Source of the DNA: a virus
Lineage: Duplodnaviria > Caudoviricetes
Length of the DNA stretch: 64,000 nt
Virus record (IMG/VR): IMGVR_UViG_3300001528_000208
Location: 40,806 to 104,805 of that record
Direction: 5' to 3' (one strand)
Part shown: one piece after another, positions 28,672 through 40,244 of the stretch
Numbering within the stretch: the stretch's first letter is position 1
Layout: every line of letters starts with the position of its first letter
Notes under the pieces: model-generated
What the model was told of the DNA's origin: nothing
What the model saw: only the letters and a program-made list of their open reading frames with translations
Databases searched by the model: none
Made by a program: the position numbers and the translations under genes

Positions 28672-29712
28672 ATGCGTCTTGATAATGTTGGTGGCGCAGA
28701 TGTTTGTAGTTTCATTTGTGGCGGTTCAGCGTGTAATCGAAATTGTTGCATGAATCAAGTTTTGGGTCACTGTTATTCTATAGCGCCTGCTTGGAATGAA
28801 TTTCCAGAAAGGCGTGCGGAACTTTTGCGCGTCATGAAGTGGCGTATTGACCATGGCGAACGCACGCTGGCGCAAGCAAATGAAATTGGTGTTTATTTTG
28901 GTGCAAAGGTGGTGTAACTGTGACTTACGGAGAAATCAATATAGGCGACATTTTAATTGCCGACAGCGAAGACAGAACGTTCCGATATAAGGTTACGCAC
29001 AAGAACGACCGGGCGCGCATGGTTACAGTACAAACCATCGAAGAATACGACCGAAATCTGCAACGCCACGTCCCATATATCGGCGGTGCGTATTCTGTAT
29101 TTGCGGAAGACTTCTGTGGGAAGATTCAAAAGAAGGCGGTGGTATTATGACGATAGACGATTACAGATTGGAAGATATTCTATTTTCTACAGAAAATTCA
29201 AACTATGCCTTCATGGTTATTGCTATCGACTACGAACACAATCGTGTTAGATTATGTCCAAGCTATCGCCGAAATGGTAATAACATCGCCGACGCAAATG
29301 ACGGCATGCCATATTGGCGCGATGCGACCGCAAGTAATTTATACCTATTTAAGCGCGTAAGAAAGGTGGCGAAAATCGTATGAATTATTTGGATAAATAT
29401 AAAATAACAAACAAAAATTCAAAATTCTATGGTCGCTACGCTTGGATGATTGATTTGCCTGACGAAAATAACCGCGCTCGCTTTATAGTCGATAGCAACG
29501 TCAAGCTTCGCATGAAAATGTCGTCCGTTCAGTTTGTTTCACCGCGCTTTTCGGACGGTTATCGGTTTCGTGATATGGCGCTTGGTGTAGAATATGTTAT
29601 CACGCGAATCAACTGGTCGCATGACAGATATCGGGCAAAATATAAGGGCGCGCTTTGGGAAGTGGCATTTTATCCGTGGAACGTACCAGAACAAAGGGCG
29701 AAGGTGGTATAA
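28672..29712 (+). CDS. Four small tagged proteins (28672-28917, 28920-29150, 29147-29383, 29380-29712)
   Basis: End AKVV, AVVL, AKIV, AKVV; operon from promoter 28620. Confidence 0.65.
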
Positions 29713-29714
29713 CT

Positions 29715-30386
29715 ATGTGGACATATTATGGCACCAAGAAGAAAATTGCGAAATATTATCCATCGCCAATCCATGATAAAATCATAGAACCCTTTGCTGG
29801 CGCCGCACAATATTCACTTTTTGGCGAAAACTGGCAAAAGGAAGTCGTTCTTTACGACAAATATGATGTGATTGTAAAGATTTGGGAATATCTTATCGCC
29901 GCGAATCCACATGATATATTGTCACTTCCCGACATGAATGTTGGCGATAAGGTGGACGACCACACCGAACTTTGCGATGCGGAAAAATATCTTATCGGCT
30001 TTTGCATCAATAGCGGAAGCGCCAGTCCGAAAAAAACTGTGGCAAAATTCAACTGCTGGAATAGACAAAAGAAAGTTATCGCCGACAATATCTATAAGGT
30101 TAAGCATTGGAAAGTTCATCAATGCGACGGATATGAAGATATTCTGAACGAAACTGCGACTTGGTTTATTGACCCGCCCTATCAGTTTGGTGGACAATAT
30201 TACCGCCATTCCAACAAGAACATCGACTATCCTGCGCTTTCTGACTGGTGTCTTTCGCGCAACGGACAGCTTATTGTATGTGAAAATACGAAGGCTGATT
30301 GGCTTGATTTCAAGCCGCTTGTTGACTTAAAAGGTCAACTTCACAAGACAACCGAAGCAATTTTCTATAAGGAAGTGAATCCATGA
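29715..30386 (+). CDS. DNA adenine methyltransferase (orphan)
   Basis: YYGTKKK, IIEPFAGAA (motif I), FIDPPY (motif IV). Confidence 0.85.
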   Translation: MWTYYGTKKKIAKYYPSPIHDKIIEPFAGAAQYSLFGENWQKEVVLYDKYDVIVKIWEYLIAANPHDILSLPDMNVGDKVDDHTELCDAEKYLIGFCINSGSASPKKTVAKFNCWNRQKKVIADNIYKVKHWKVHQCDGYEDILNETATWFIDPPYQFGGQYYRHSNKNIDYPALSDWCLSRNGQLIVCENTKADWLDFKPLVDLKGQLHKTTEAIFYKEVNP

Positions 30387-31348
30387 AATATTATATTTCA
30401 AACGGCATCAAAATTATCGAATGTCACCCCGACGAAGTATCAATCGTCATGGTTGACAAAGCCAAGAAGAACATCGCAGATTCCACCTATGTGAATCTTG
30501 GTTTCTTCGCGGCTGGAACACAGAACGGTCAGAAGTACACCTATCCTGTTGGTGCCACCGTCTGTGATGTTGCTACTATTGGCGCAAAGACGCGCGAAAT
30601 CTGCGGGCAGAACGGCAAGTTCACCGATGGAAAATATACCTGCGATTTCTATGACCTGTGGGGCGAACAATATAATAGGTTCTATCACAAGGCTGTTGAT
30701 GTTTTTGCCATCGCCAACGGTAAACCCATCATCGAACGCATCGACCATCTGAAGCCAGAATATAGCTACTGCGCGGCTGGAATTGCTGTTATGAAGAACG
30801 GCGTTGCATCTGACTACCAGAAAGACGTGATTGGTTGTGGCTGGCAAGGCGGCGAAGTCTATAGCACCTATCACATTTTTGTGGGCTTGAAGCGCGGTTC
30901 TGACACAATCTACGTTATGGGCTTCCATACCAGTACCGGCAACATGATTACGTCCAAGGAAGCCTTCAAGAAATTCCACACCCTTGGTTTCACAGACGTG
31001 TTGAAATTTGACGGTGGCGGAAGCGAAATCATGCGCGTAGACGGCGCGATTAAACACGCCACGCTGGAAAATCGCAGGATTTCTACGGCGCTGGTGATTA
31101 AGCCCAAGGTAGACGGAAAGAACCCTTATCCCGTTCCGAAGCGCACCCTTGTTCGCGGCTGTACTGGCGACGATGTACGCTGGCTACAGTGGCAGTTGGT
31201 TTATTGCGGTTTTGACCCCAAGGGCATTGACGGTAGTTTTGGCGGTGGTTGTCTTGAAGCCGTTAAGGCGTATCAAAAGTCGCGTGGTCTCGCAGTCGAT
31301 GGTTCTGTTGGCCCTGCAACAAGGGCGAGTTTAATTGCGGAGGTGTAA
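30383..31348 (+). CDS. Phosphodiester-glycosidase (NAGPA)-like domain plus peptidoglycan-binding domain
   Basis: VNLGFF, LKFDGGGS; C-terminal GDDVRWLQWQL...IDGSFG...VDGSVGPAT. Confidence 0.7.
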   Translation: MKYYISNGIKIIECHPDEVSIVMVDKAKKNIADSTYVNLGFFAAGTQNGQKYTYPVGATVCDVATIGAKTREICGQNGKFTDGKYTCDFYDLWGEQYNRFYHKAVDVFAIANGKPIIERIDHLKPEYSYCAAGIAVMKNGVASDYQKDVIGCGWQGGEVYSTYHIFVGLKRGSDTIYVMGFHTSTGNMITSKEAFKKFHTLGFTDVLKFDGGGSEIMRVDGAIKHATLENRRISTALVIKPKVDGKNPYPVPKRTLVRGCTGDDVRWLQWQLVYCGFDPKGIDGSFGGGCLEAVKAYQKSRGLAVDGSVGPATRASLIAEV

Positions 31349-31350
31349 TT

Positions 31351-31554
31351 ATGACAAGGGTTGAAAAAATTTTTAATCGTCTTACATGGATTTGCATTGT
31401 TGCCGCCATTGTAAGCGGAATCTATGGCGCCACGCATGGCGAACAGCCGACGTGGCTTACAGTATTCCTGCTTGACGCTTTCGGCGTTATTGCCTACGGT
31501 GCTTACACATGGGCGCGCTATCTTTTAGAAAAGGATGATAGGGATGGAATGTAA
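31351..31554 (+). CDS. Small two-TM membrane protein
   Basis: GGAGG RBS, two hydrophobic segments. Confidence 0.6.
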   Translation: MTRVEKIFNRLTWICIVAAIVSGIYGATHGEQPTWLTVFLLDAFGVIAYGAYTWARYLLEKDDRDGM

Positions 31555-31754
31555 TCCCGCCTGCATCTATTTTCCCACAACCGAAACCGTAGTTTCAGAA
31601 GAAATCGTTGACGGTGTGAAGCATCGCAAGGTGATTCGCCGCTGTGCATTTGATTCCTATGTTATCAGAACATGGGATAATTGCCACAGACCCGAAGGCG
31701 CACTTCTGAAATGACTTGACAGAAGCCTGTTTTTGTGCTATACTATCAGTATAA

Positions 31755-33003
31755 CATGAAATCAAAGATATCCGCTATGCTTTAGCATAGTCGGCAAAAG
31801 AAAGAGAACTATATCGGAAAGGAAGTGATTGTAGATATGTTGATTGCCTACAAATATAGAATGTATCCAAATGAAGAACAGAAAACTTATTTTTCAAAAT
31901 GCTTCGGTTGCGTCAGATTTATCTACAATCGTATGCTTGCTGATAAAATCGAGTTTTACAATAAGACAAAACAAAACCTGAAAAATACGCCAGCCCAATA
32001 TAAAGACGAATTTCCATGGCTTCGAGAAGTCGATGCGCAAGCGTTGTCAAATGCTCAGATGAATTTACGGACAGCGTACAACAACTTCTTCAAGCGACCA
32101 GAAGTTGGGTTCCCAAAATTCAAAAGTAAGAAAACGCGATATGATTCTTATACTACAAATCAAGCCAATATCCGCGTGACAGAACGACACATTAACCTTC
32201 CGAAAATTGGACTTGTCAGGATTAAGAAACACAGGAATTTTTTTGGAACAATCAAACACGCTACCATTACAAGAACGCCATCGGGAAAATATTATGTTTC
32301 GGTTCTTGTTGAACAAGAAGATATTCCAAAGAAAATTCCATGTGATTCTGAACTTGGAATAGATTTGGGAATCAAGGGGTTCGCAACCACTTCTGATGGC
32401 AAAGTGATTGAAAATCCGAAATACTTGAAAAAATCAGAAAAGAAACTGCGGAAGTTGCAGAAAGACTTGTCTCGTTGTAAAAAAGGAAGTAAAAATCGAG
32501 ATAAATGTAGAATTAAAGTTGCACGTTGTCACGAGAAAATAACGAATCAACGCAAGGACTTTCTAAACAAACTTTCAAAAAGACTGATTGATGAAAACCA
32601 AGTCATATGTCTGGAAACATTGAAAGTTAAGAATATGATGAAAAATCATAAACTCGCTAAGTCTATTGCTGATGTATCATGGTCAGAATTTGTACGACAA
32701 CTGGAATACAAAGCAAACTGGTACGGAAGAGAAATTGTGAAAATTGATTCGTGGTATCCAAGTTCGCAGTTGTGTAGTAAATGCGGATACAAAAATACAG
32801 AAATAAAGGATTTGTCTGTTAGAGAATGGGTGTGTCCGCAATGTGGAACTGTTCACGATAGAGACATTAACGCTGCAATAAATATTCTTAATGAAGGATT
32901 GAGAATAAGAACCGTAGGAACTACGGGGATAGCCTAAGTAAACTTGTCTCGTTAGAGATATTGATTAGGAAGCACCGGTGCTTTATCATCGTGTGTAGTT
33001 CAC
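31755..33003 (+). mobile_element. IS200/IS605-family (IS1341-like) TnpB-only element
   Basis: Left-end hairpin ccgctatgc-ttta-gcatagtcgg; right end ...GTAGTTCAC; removing it restores a hairpin in the flanks. Confidence 0.7.
31837..32937 (+). CDS. tnpB: TnpB RNA-guided endonuclease
   Basis: [29 protein letters not shown]...[15 protein letters not shown]; D-E-D triad intact. Confidence 0.93.
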   Translation: MLIAYKYRMYPNEEQKTYFSKCFGCVRFIYNRMLADKIEFYNKTKQNLKNTPAQYKDEFPWLREVDAQALSNAQMNLRTAYNNFFKRPEVGFPKFKSKKTRYDSYTTNQANIRVTERHINLPKIGLVRIKKHRNFFGTIKHATITRTPSGKYYVSVLVEQEDIPKKIPCDSELGIDLGIKGFATTSDGKVIENPKYLKKSEKKLRKLQKDLSRCKKGSKNRDKCRIKVARCHEKITNQRKDFLNKLSKRLIDENQVICLETLKVKNMMKNHKLAKSIADVSWSEFVRQLEYKANWYGREIVKIDSWYPSSQLCSKCGYKNTEIKDLSVREWVCPQCGTVHDRDINAAINILNEGLRIRTVGTTGIA

Positions 33004-33044
33004 CATGAGACAGGCTTCTTTTTAGCCGATTTTAGGGGTACGTT

Positions 33045-33566
33045 ATGGAATGGGTGAACATTGACGGTTATAAATACGTCTATCAAATCAACACTGAAGG
33101 TCAAGTGCGTTGGCTTGATGCATACGGCATCGCGCATATCGTGCGTCCATATACTGCTGGACAGAAGCGCACACGAATTACAATGACACGCGCAGATGGC
33201 GTGAAAATTTCTGTGGCTGTTGTGAATTTGATGGCAGACGCTTTCATGGGTGGACGTCTGGAAGGATACAATATTATCCATAAGAACGGTTGTAAATACG
33301 ACAACCGACTGTCGAATCTACAGTTTGCCACCAAAGAAGAAACCGCGCAAATGTCTGCCAGCAACAGGCGTAAGCCCGTGCTTAAAATGTTGTATGACCG
33401 CACGATTGTTGACATTTATCCGTCAGCGACCAAAGCGGCAAAGGCAAACTATATCAGCCTAACAGTTATGTGTGGGCTATGCAAAGGAAATTTTGAAGAT
33501 TCTTGCCGTGTTGACGGCTTCTATTACCAATATGAAAATCTTGAAAGGGGCGAACATCGTGGATAA
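33045..33566 (+). CDS. NUMOD4-HNH homing endonuclease-like protein
   Basis: W..IDGY...YQINTEGQVR; IHKNGCKYDNRLSNL; C-terminal YPSATKAA. Confidence 0.75.
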   Translation: MEWVNIDGYKYVYQINTEGQVRWLDAYGIAHIVRPYTAGQKRTRITMTRADGVKISVAVVNLMADAFMGGRLEGYNIIHKNGCKYDNRLSNLQFATKEETAQMSASNRRKPVLKMLYDRTIVDIYPSATKAAKANYISLTVMCGLCKGNFEDSCRVDGFYYQYENLERGEHRG

Positions 33567-33794
33567 TATTTGGAACGTTGTTTATAAGCTTCGTCGCGCA
33601 CATTTCAACAAGAAATTATGTCGTGAAGCTGCTGACGTAATCGAAAATCTGGCGCGTGAACGCGACTATCACATGGAATTGCACAAGGACGCAAGAGCAG
33701 AATGTGAAGCGATACTTGCCGACATTGTGCGGTTGCAGAACGAATTGGCAGATGCTACGAAATATATAAAAGACCATTTTTAAGGCGGTGCGGC

Positions 33795-34340
33795 ATGGCA
33801 ATTTTCTATATTTCTGACACGCATTTTGGGCACAAGAACGTTCTGAAATATGACAATCGCCCATATTTCACCGTAACCGAAATGGACGCCGACCTTATCA
33901 AGCGCTGGAATGATGCTGTGAAGCCGACCGATACTGTTTACCATCTTGGTGATTTTTCATGGTATAAGCCAGCGGAAGAAAGCGCGATTCTTCAACAGTT
34001 GAATGGCGAAAAGATTCTGATTCGCGGCAATCACGATTATAAGCCGACTGCCGAATGGAAAGATATTTTACCGTTTGCTGAAATTGTTGATAACGGTCGC
34101 CACGTCATTCTGTCGCATTTTCCCCTCGCGTCTTATAAAAACATGACGCACGGATATTGTCATCTGTATGGACACGTCCACAATTCATTTGAAGATGGAT
34201 TGTTTGACGCATATCGCCGTGCTTGGGAAAAGCATTATGAAAAGCAGATGCGGTCTTTTAACGTGGGTTGCATGAATCCGTTGATGGATTATATGCCGCG
34301 AACGCTGGACGAAATCTGCGACTTCTGCGGATGGACTTGA
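33795..34340 (+). CDS. Calcineurin-like metallophosphoesterase
   Basis: SDTHFGH, LGDF, GNHD, LSHFP, HLYGHVH, NVG. Confidence 0.9.
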   Translation: MAIFYISDTHFGHKNVLKYDNRPYFTVTEMDADLIKRWNDAVKPTDTVYHLGDFSWYKPAEESAILQQLNGEKILIRGNHDYKPTAEWKDILPFAEIVDNGRHVILSHFPLASYKNMTHGYCHLYGHVHNSFEDGLFDAYRRAWEKHYEKQMRSFNVGCMNPLMDYMPRTLDEICDFCGWT

Positions 34341-34390
34341 CAATAACTTTAATTTGTGCTAATATAATAGCATAAGGATGGTGGACAAAA

Positions 34391-36355
34391 ATGAACGACT
34401 TTGACAAGGCTCTTGATTTTATTCGGAATCACTACTTTTCAATCCTTGTGTTCAACAAGGGTACAAAAGAACTATATGAACGTATCTGTAAAAGGTATGA
34501 TGCCGTGCGTGTTGAATACGACGATGCTGTCGGGCTTAGGTTTGGTCTCTATAGGTACGCTGGATATTCAATTTATCCTGCACGATGCTATGAAATTTCC
34601 GACGGCAGAGGATATTACGACGGTCAGTGGTATTCCGTTCTGTCGTTCGATAGGCGTCCGACGGCAAAGGTGGTGTAACTATGTTCAAAGTCGGTCAAGT
34701 TGTTTGGTGTAAGAAAAGGTATCAATACAGCGTTACAAATTATCACGTCAAATGCAGGGTGGTTAAAACGTCTGCAACCTGCGCCATTCGCGTTCGTGTT
34801 ATGGAAGGTCATTATTCTGGCAACGAATATCCCGTAGACGGAAGCTATTTTGAATTGGTGCAAAAGAAGGCGGTGGTTGTATGAAATTCTCGGATTTTCG
34901 CAAGGGCGACCTTGTGTTTTCTGATGGGAACAAGGGGCGCGTCTGGACTGTTGTAGAAACATCCGCCGTCGGCGTAAGGCTGCTTTGCACACATTTCCGC
35001 GAAGGTGATAAGGTCGGTGAAAAGCTGGGTAAATTCAGCACCTGCGAACCGACTTGGTTCACAGGAAATCCAAAGATTCTTCATGTCGTTTCGCGTTCTG
35101 CAAGGGTAATATAATATGGCAAGACTGAAAGCTGAAAAACTGATTCCCGCCTGTCCTATCTGTGGCAACAATATGCAGGTGGAATATAGCGCCAACATGA
35201 ACCAGATTGCTGGAACTGCCGATTGGCATTTGGATTTTGCACCACGCATTAAAATGTGCGCAGACTGTAACAAATCGCTGGTGGAAACTGTGAACAAGTG
35301 GTTCAAAAAGCAGGATAAAACCGGATTTTATCGTAAGAAGTGGGTGAAAACATGAACTTTAACATTGGCGATGTCGTCTGGTGCATCGACCCAACCAATA
35401 ACGGCGGACGTTATCCAATCACCCACTATCATCGTCCTTGCGAAGTTGTGCAAGTCAGAAAAGAAGAAATTCGCGTCAAAGTTCTTGGCGAATGTGATTA
35501 CGGCGTCAAGAATCTTGAATTTTGGGTTGACAGAAAGCTGTTTCAGCGTGTAGAATCGAAGGCGAAGGTGATTTGATGAATCTTCGTGAAGAAATCGGCG
35601 GCGTCAGGCTGAACTGGCAAAAACTTGACGGCATCAATGATATAAAAACGATTCCGTTTATAAATTTTTCCGAAGTCGTTGTGCTTGTCGAATCAGACAA
35701 TGATGCCGTGTCTTTTCTTAGAAAAATCGACAAAATATACTGGCATGGCAACTACCTGTGGTTTAATCAAGATGGTGAATATGCTGGATGGGATAGTGAC
35801 CTTGACTGGTATCCATCCGAAGATGAAAAATGGGAAACGATTGGAACGTTCTATATTCCCGAAAGAAAGGCGGCGAAAGTTTTATGAAATACTACTGTAA
35901 CGTTTATCCGCGCGATGGTCGCGACCTTACCTATGTTCACGAAATGGTTAATGGCAAGGTCGTAACCGACCTTGAAAACATCAACGTTGGCGAACGTGGT
36001 TATATCCGTCCTGCTAATGGTGGCGGCGTTCACACGTCCACAATTCAGGAAGTGGATTATCTGTGCGATGGCGATATTCGCATTGTAACGCGCAACAGTA
36101 TCTATGAACTCACAAGGATGGGTGACGACGATGCGCCTTGAGTGGCTTGATAGGAAGGGCGACCGCACGTTCGTAGGTAATGCTGATAACGTAGACCAAG
36201 CGTTGGACATGATTGGCGACTGGTGTAAAGAACACGATTTTCAGTCGTTCTATGTGCGGTGGTGCGAATTTTCAGACCATTATTGGTTCGATTACGGATC
36301 GCACACCTGCTTCTTTGAACTTGCAAAAGGTCTTGACAAAGCGCAAGTTGTGTGA
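34391..36355 (+). CDS. Operon of eight small proteins; six tagged (34391, 34681, 34881, 35352, 35573, 36131) and two untagged (35116, 35884)
   Basis: Tagged ends AKVV, AVVV, ARVI, AKVI, AKVL, AQVV; promoter 34337. Confidence 0.65.
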
Positions 36356-36375
36356 TATTATAATGTCATAGCACA

Positions 36376-36647
36376 AATCGGCGTGTGTTTGGTGGAATAG
36401 CTGGTGACACCTAAAATAACCCAGCGACCAGCCTGAAAGGGCATTGACACTGGCGCGTTCCAAGGGGCGCGTTAAGCCAAAACCGGTATTTTGTGGCAAC
36501 AAACAAGGGTTTCCTCCGGTATATAAGGTGGTGCGAAATCATCCCATCTAAAATTACTATACTGATGGGCATTGTTGCGAACGGCAATAGCGGATACGGA
36601 TGTTTGATGGGGCGTCAAGCCGTATAGCGATTAAACCCCTGCCGATT
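36376..36647 (+). ncRNA. Candidate structured ncRNA A (~270 nt)
   Basis: Own promoter (36333/36356); closing stem aatcggc/gccgatt followed by T-run; several internal hairpins; 41-nt module shared with ncRNA B. Confidence 0.7.
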
Positions 36648-36667
36648 CTATTTTTTAGGTGGTCAAT

Positions 36668-37603
36668 ATGGCTAAGAAATTTTTTGCATCATTCGAATCA
36701 GTTCCAAACGATTTCGCCGCAGCTAAACTGCGCCTTGGCGAATTTGGTGTGATTCGCGCCAATGGTAATCGCTACAACGTCCTGCCCGTTAAGGACAAGA
36801 CGCCGCTGGATGTTGGCGACAGCGTGTTTACCCGCGCTGGTGGCAATTATGGCATCTACGATATTATTGCGATTGACGACCGCTGGTTTTCTGTTGGCAA
36901 AGGCGACAAGAAAAAGGGTCGCGTTGTGCGTGCTGATATCTATGGGAAGGTGGTCTAATGAGAAACTATCCAGCTAAGGTTGGCGACCTGCTAAAATATG
37001 GTTCGACCATATATCGCGTTGTTGGCGTGAATGAATATGGGCGTGTCGATGTGCGACGTGCGTATGTGTTTTCAGGCAAAAATCCTGTTAAAAGCGATGG
37101 TGAACTTATACCAGATATTACTGTAACTGCTTTTGACCGTCGGTTTTTCATTTCTGCGAAGGTGATATAATGACAAGGGGATATAAACCTAAAGTCGGAC
37201 ATTTCTTGTGGTATTGTGGTCACATATACCGCATCTTAAAGGTACATGACGACAACAACCATGTTGACGTTCTGCATCATAGTTATAAGACTGTCGCTGG
37301 AAATTTCGTAAAGGTAAGCGATGATGTTCCACTGACATATATAACAGCAGATTCTTTTGAAAAGCGATTTATTCCGTCAGCAAGGGTGGTTTGACTATGA
37401 AATTCAGGGTTGGTCAGCTTGTTTGGTGCAATACCACCGGACAGTATGTTCAGACGGATTATCACGTCAAGTGTATTGTAACGAACGTTTTAAGAAACGA
37501 CTACATTACCGTGCGTATTACCGAAGGAAGATACGCTGGAAACGAATGGGATGTCGAAACCATTTTCTTTGAACTGGTGCAAAACCGCGCAAAAATTATC
37601 TAA
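36668..37603 (+). CDS. Four small SH3/KOW-like tagged proteins (36668, 36958, 37170, 37397)
   Basis: End GKVV, AKVI, ARVV, AKII; VG[DHQ] motif near strand starts. Confidence 0.65.
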
Positions 37604-37620
37604 GCAATAAGGAGTACAAC

Positions 37621-38169
37621 ATGAAAGACATCAAGAAGCTTTTCCTTTGGATGTGCGTCTGCTGGACGTTTATTTCTACTGTCATGCCACTTTTGGCACC
37701 AGTAGAAGAAGAACCTGTTAAAGTGCTGGTGCGAACAGAATTGTTTCACCACACTGATTATGTAGAAGTCTACGTCGAACCGACGCCATATTTCTTTGTG
37801 ACGTCAACCGAACGCGAAATGCTGGCACGTCTATTATGGACGGAAGCGCGTGGTGAATCCATGGAATGTCAGCGCGCCGTTGTAAGCGTAGTGTTTAATC
37901 GCGTGAAGTCCGACGATTTCCCCAACAGCATCGAAGAAGTTGTCAAGCAGAATAGTGGTGGCGTTCCACAGTTTGATTTAGGCAATAAACTTGGAAATGT
38001 GACACCGAATGAAATGCAATACGAGGCGGTGGATTATGTCATTTGTAATGGATGCACAGTGCCTGATTGGGTGTGCTATTTCCGCAGTCGCCATCATTTT
38101 AATTGGCGAGGGTACACACCTTATGCGCAAATTGATAGGACATATTTCGGCGGTTACGAATGGGCTTGA
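37621..38169 (+). CDS. SleB-like cell wall hydrolase with N-terminal membrane anchor
   Basis: LARLLWTEARGES...AVVSVVFNRV...FPNSIEEVVKQ..QF. Confidence 0.85.
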   Translation: MKDIKKLFLWMCVCWTFISTVMPLLAPVEEEPVKVLVRTELFHHTDYVEVYVEPTPYFFVTSTEREMLARLLWTEARGESMECQRAVVSVVFNRVKSDDFPNSIEEVVKQNSGGVPQFDLGNKLGNVTPNEMQYEAVDYVICNGCTVPDWVCYFRSRHHFNWRGYTPYAQIDRTYFGGYEWA

Positions 38170-38236
38170 CAAAATATAAACAGCGTGCTATTATATATAA
38201 TACAGCGGCAAACCCGCTTATTGAGGAGGACGAAAA

Positions 38237-38464
38237 ATGAAAAAGGACTGTTTCGGCTGTAACGGCATGGGCGGATGTTCCGTTCTTTCTGGCGATCCAA
38301 CTTGTGATGTGTGCCATTTCTATGCGACACGCGAACAGGTTGATGCGGCAAGGGCGGATGCAGACGCAAGGCTTGACGCCAAGGGTCTACGCAGAACGAT
38401 TGTGGTGCGCAACGATGTGCAAATCATGACCGTTGTTCCGATTAAGAAGGAGGTGCTGGCATGA
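38237..38464 (+). CDS. Small Cys-rich protein
   Basis: DCFG...CSVL...C..CHFY. Confidence 0.6.
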   Translation: MKKDCFGCNGMGGCSVLSGDPTCDVCHFYATREQVDAARADADARLDAKGLRRTIVVRNDVQIMTVVPIKKEVLA

Positions 38465-39036
38465 TTTCGTATCGCGGAACTGAACCCGATATCAAGATGT
38501 CACAGGCGGTGTACAATGAACTGCGCAAATATGCAGTTGCCAGTTCGACGAGGATGATGGCTATTTTCCTGAAGATTGACAAGGACGGTAGCACATATCG
38601 CGTTAAGGAAATCTATATTCCCGAACAGAACTGTAACACGGCGCATTGCATTATTGCAGATGCGGAACTTCGTAAGCTGGGTGCAGAATATATCGGTCTT
38701 TGTCGCACTGGTCATGGCACAAAGCTTGACTTTTCAAAAGACGATGTTGAACTGTTTGACAAGTCTTTCCTTGGCGTGGAAGATTACGTCTGTATGAATT
38801 TCACGCTGGGTGGCAATATGTCGGCAGACATTGTTGTTGGCGACCTGACCTTTGAAGATGTTCGCATCATGGTGATGCCGGAGTTCAAGAAGGAAGAACT
38901 GGATGCTGCGCGGGATTATGTCGATGATCGTGTCAAGGATTGGACGTATAAGGATGGCTATACTGCCCGTGAACGCGGTAATTATGTCCCGACGCCGCTA
39001 TTGACCGAACGCATCGGTTGGCGGGACGTTGTTTGA
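38461..39036 (+). CDS. JAB/MPN-like protein, apparently lacking HxH metal ligands
   Basis: YRVKEIYIPEQ and FSKDD resemble prokaryotic JAB; HSH replaced by RTGH. Confidence 0.35.
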   Translation: MISYRGTEPDIKMSQAVYNELRKYAVASSTRMMAIFLKIDKDGSTYRVKEIYIPEQNCNTAHCIIADAELRKLGAEYIGLCRTGHGTKLDFSKDDVELFDKSFLGVEDYVCMNFTLGGNMSADIVVGDLTFEDVRIMVMPEFKKEELDAARDYVDDRVKDWTYKDGYTARERGNYVPTPLLTERIGWRDVV

Positions 39037-39234
39037 AGGAAGGTTGTGAAATGGATTGGCGTTTAAGGGTGAAAAGATTGTCCATTCGCCACGAATGTGC
39101 GAATATTTGTTGGCGCATGGCGGAAAGCTGTTAAAAACAAAGCGCGACCTGAAAGATGTAACAAGAAAAATCTACATATTCGACGAAAAATCCATCAATG
39201 GGATTATCGGCGGGTATAAGAAAGAAGGAGTACG

Positions 39235-40212
39235 ATGAACAAGGAAGGTTTTAAGAAACTTTGTCTGCCGGTCAAAGAAGATTTGCTTGCGTGGCTTTAT
39301 CAGCAGTTAAGCGAATATTATGGGCTGGCGAACACGGTCAACGGTGGCGACTATCTGTTTTTCAGCGGCAACTGCCCGACAATGCTTTGTGCGCATCTTG
39401 ATACGGTGCATAAGCGTCAGCCGACCAAGATTGTCGATGATGGTAACAAGGTAAGTTCGCCCATGGGAATTGGCGGTGACGACCGCTGTGGCGTCTATTC
39501 CGTTCTTGCTGTGTTGAAGGCAACGGAAGAAAGCGGCAAGCGTCCGTATCTGTTTTTCAGCACGGATGAAGAAGTCGGCGGCGCGTCTACGAAGCGTGCG
39601 GCGCAGGATATCAAGGGTCGTGTAGCTGGCGTCGGCTACATGATTCAGATTGACCGTCGTGGCAAGCAGGATTCGGTCTATTATAAGTGCGACAACAAGC
39701 AGTTCAAGAAGTTCATTGACGAACACGGCTTTGTCGAAGCAAGCGGTTCGTTTACGGACATCTGCAATTTGTCACCCGTGTTTGACCTTGCAAGTGTCAA
39801 TCTGTCGTGCGGCTATTATAGCGAACATCATCCCGAAGAGTATGTTATCTATACAGAATTGCAGGATACAATCGACAAGGTGGTGCAGATTATCGCCGAC
39901 ACCAAGGACGACATTATCTATCCGTATTGTGAAGCGAAGCCGAAGCCAACGCAGAATTACTATGGCAATAAAGGGTCGCACTTTTGGTCGAAATACTATA
40001 CGAAGGGTGACGAAGTTTTCACGAAGTACGGTTCCAGCGCCGTCTACAAGAAGCCGAATTACAGCAACCCAATTTCTGGCGTATATCTGCCCGCTTATCA
40101 TTCGTTCATTGTGCTGGACGTCAAGGATGATTTTATCCAGATTGAATACAATGGCGAAAAAGTGTGGTCTACGTCTTGGAATTTTCAGCCTGACTACGAC
40201 AGCCTGTATTGA
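39235..40212 (+). CDS. M20/M28-family zinc peptidase
   Basis: LCAHLDTVH, GGDDRCG, DEEVGG, QIDRRG, GSFTDI, NLSCGYY.EH. Confidence 0.85.
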   Translation: MNKEGFKKLCLPVKEDLLAWLYQQLSEYYGLANTVNGGDYLFFSGNCPTMLCAHLDTVHKRQPTKIVDDGNKVSSPMGIGGDDRCGVYSVLAVLKATEESGKRPYLFFSTDEEVGGASTKRAAQDIKGRVAGVGYMIQIDRRGKQDSVYYKCDNKQFKKFIDEHGFVEASGSFTDICNLSPVFDLASVNLSCGYYSEHHPEEYVIYTELQDTIDKVVQIIADTKDDIIYPYCEAKPKPTQNYYGNKGSHFWSKYYTKGDEVFTKYGSSAVYKKPNYSNPISGVYLPAYHSFIVLDVKDDFIQIEYNGEKVWSTSWNFQPDYDSLY

Positions 40213-40244
40213 CAAAAACCAAAACGTGTGATATTATAATGGCA

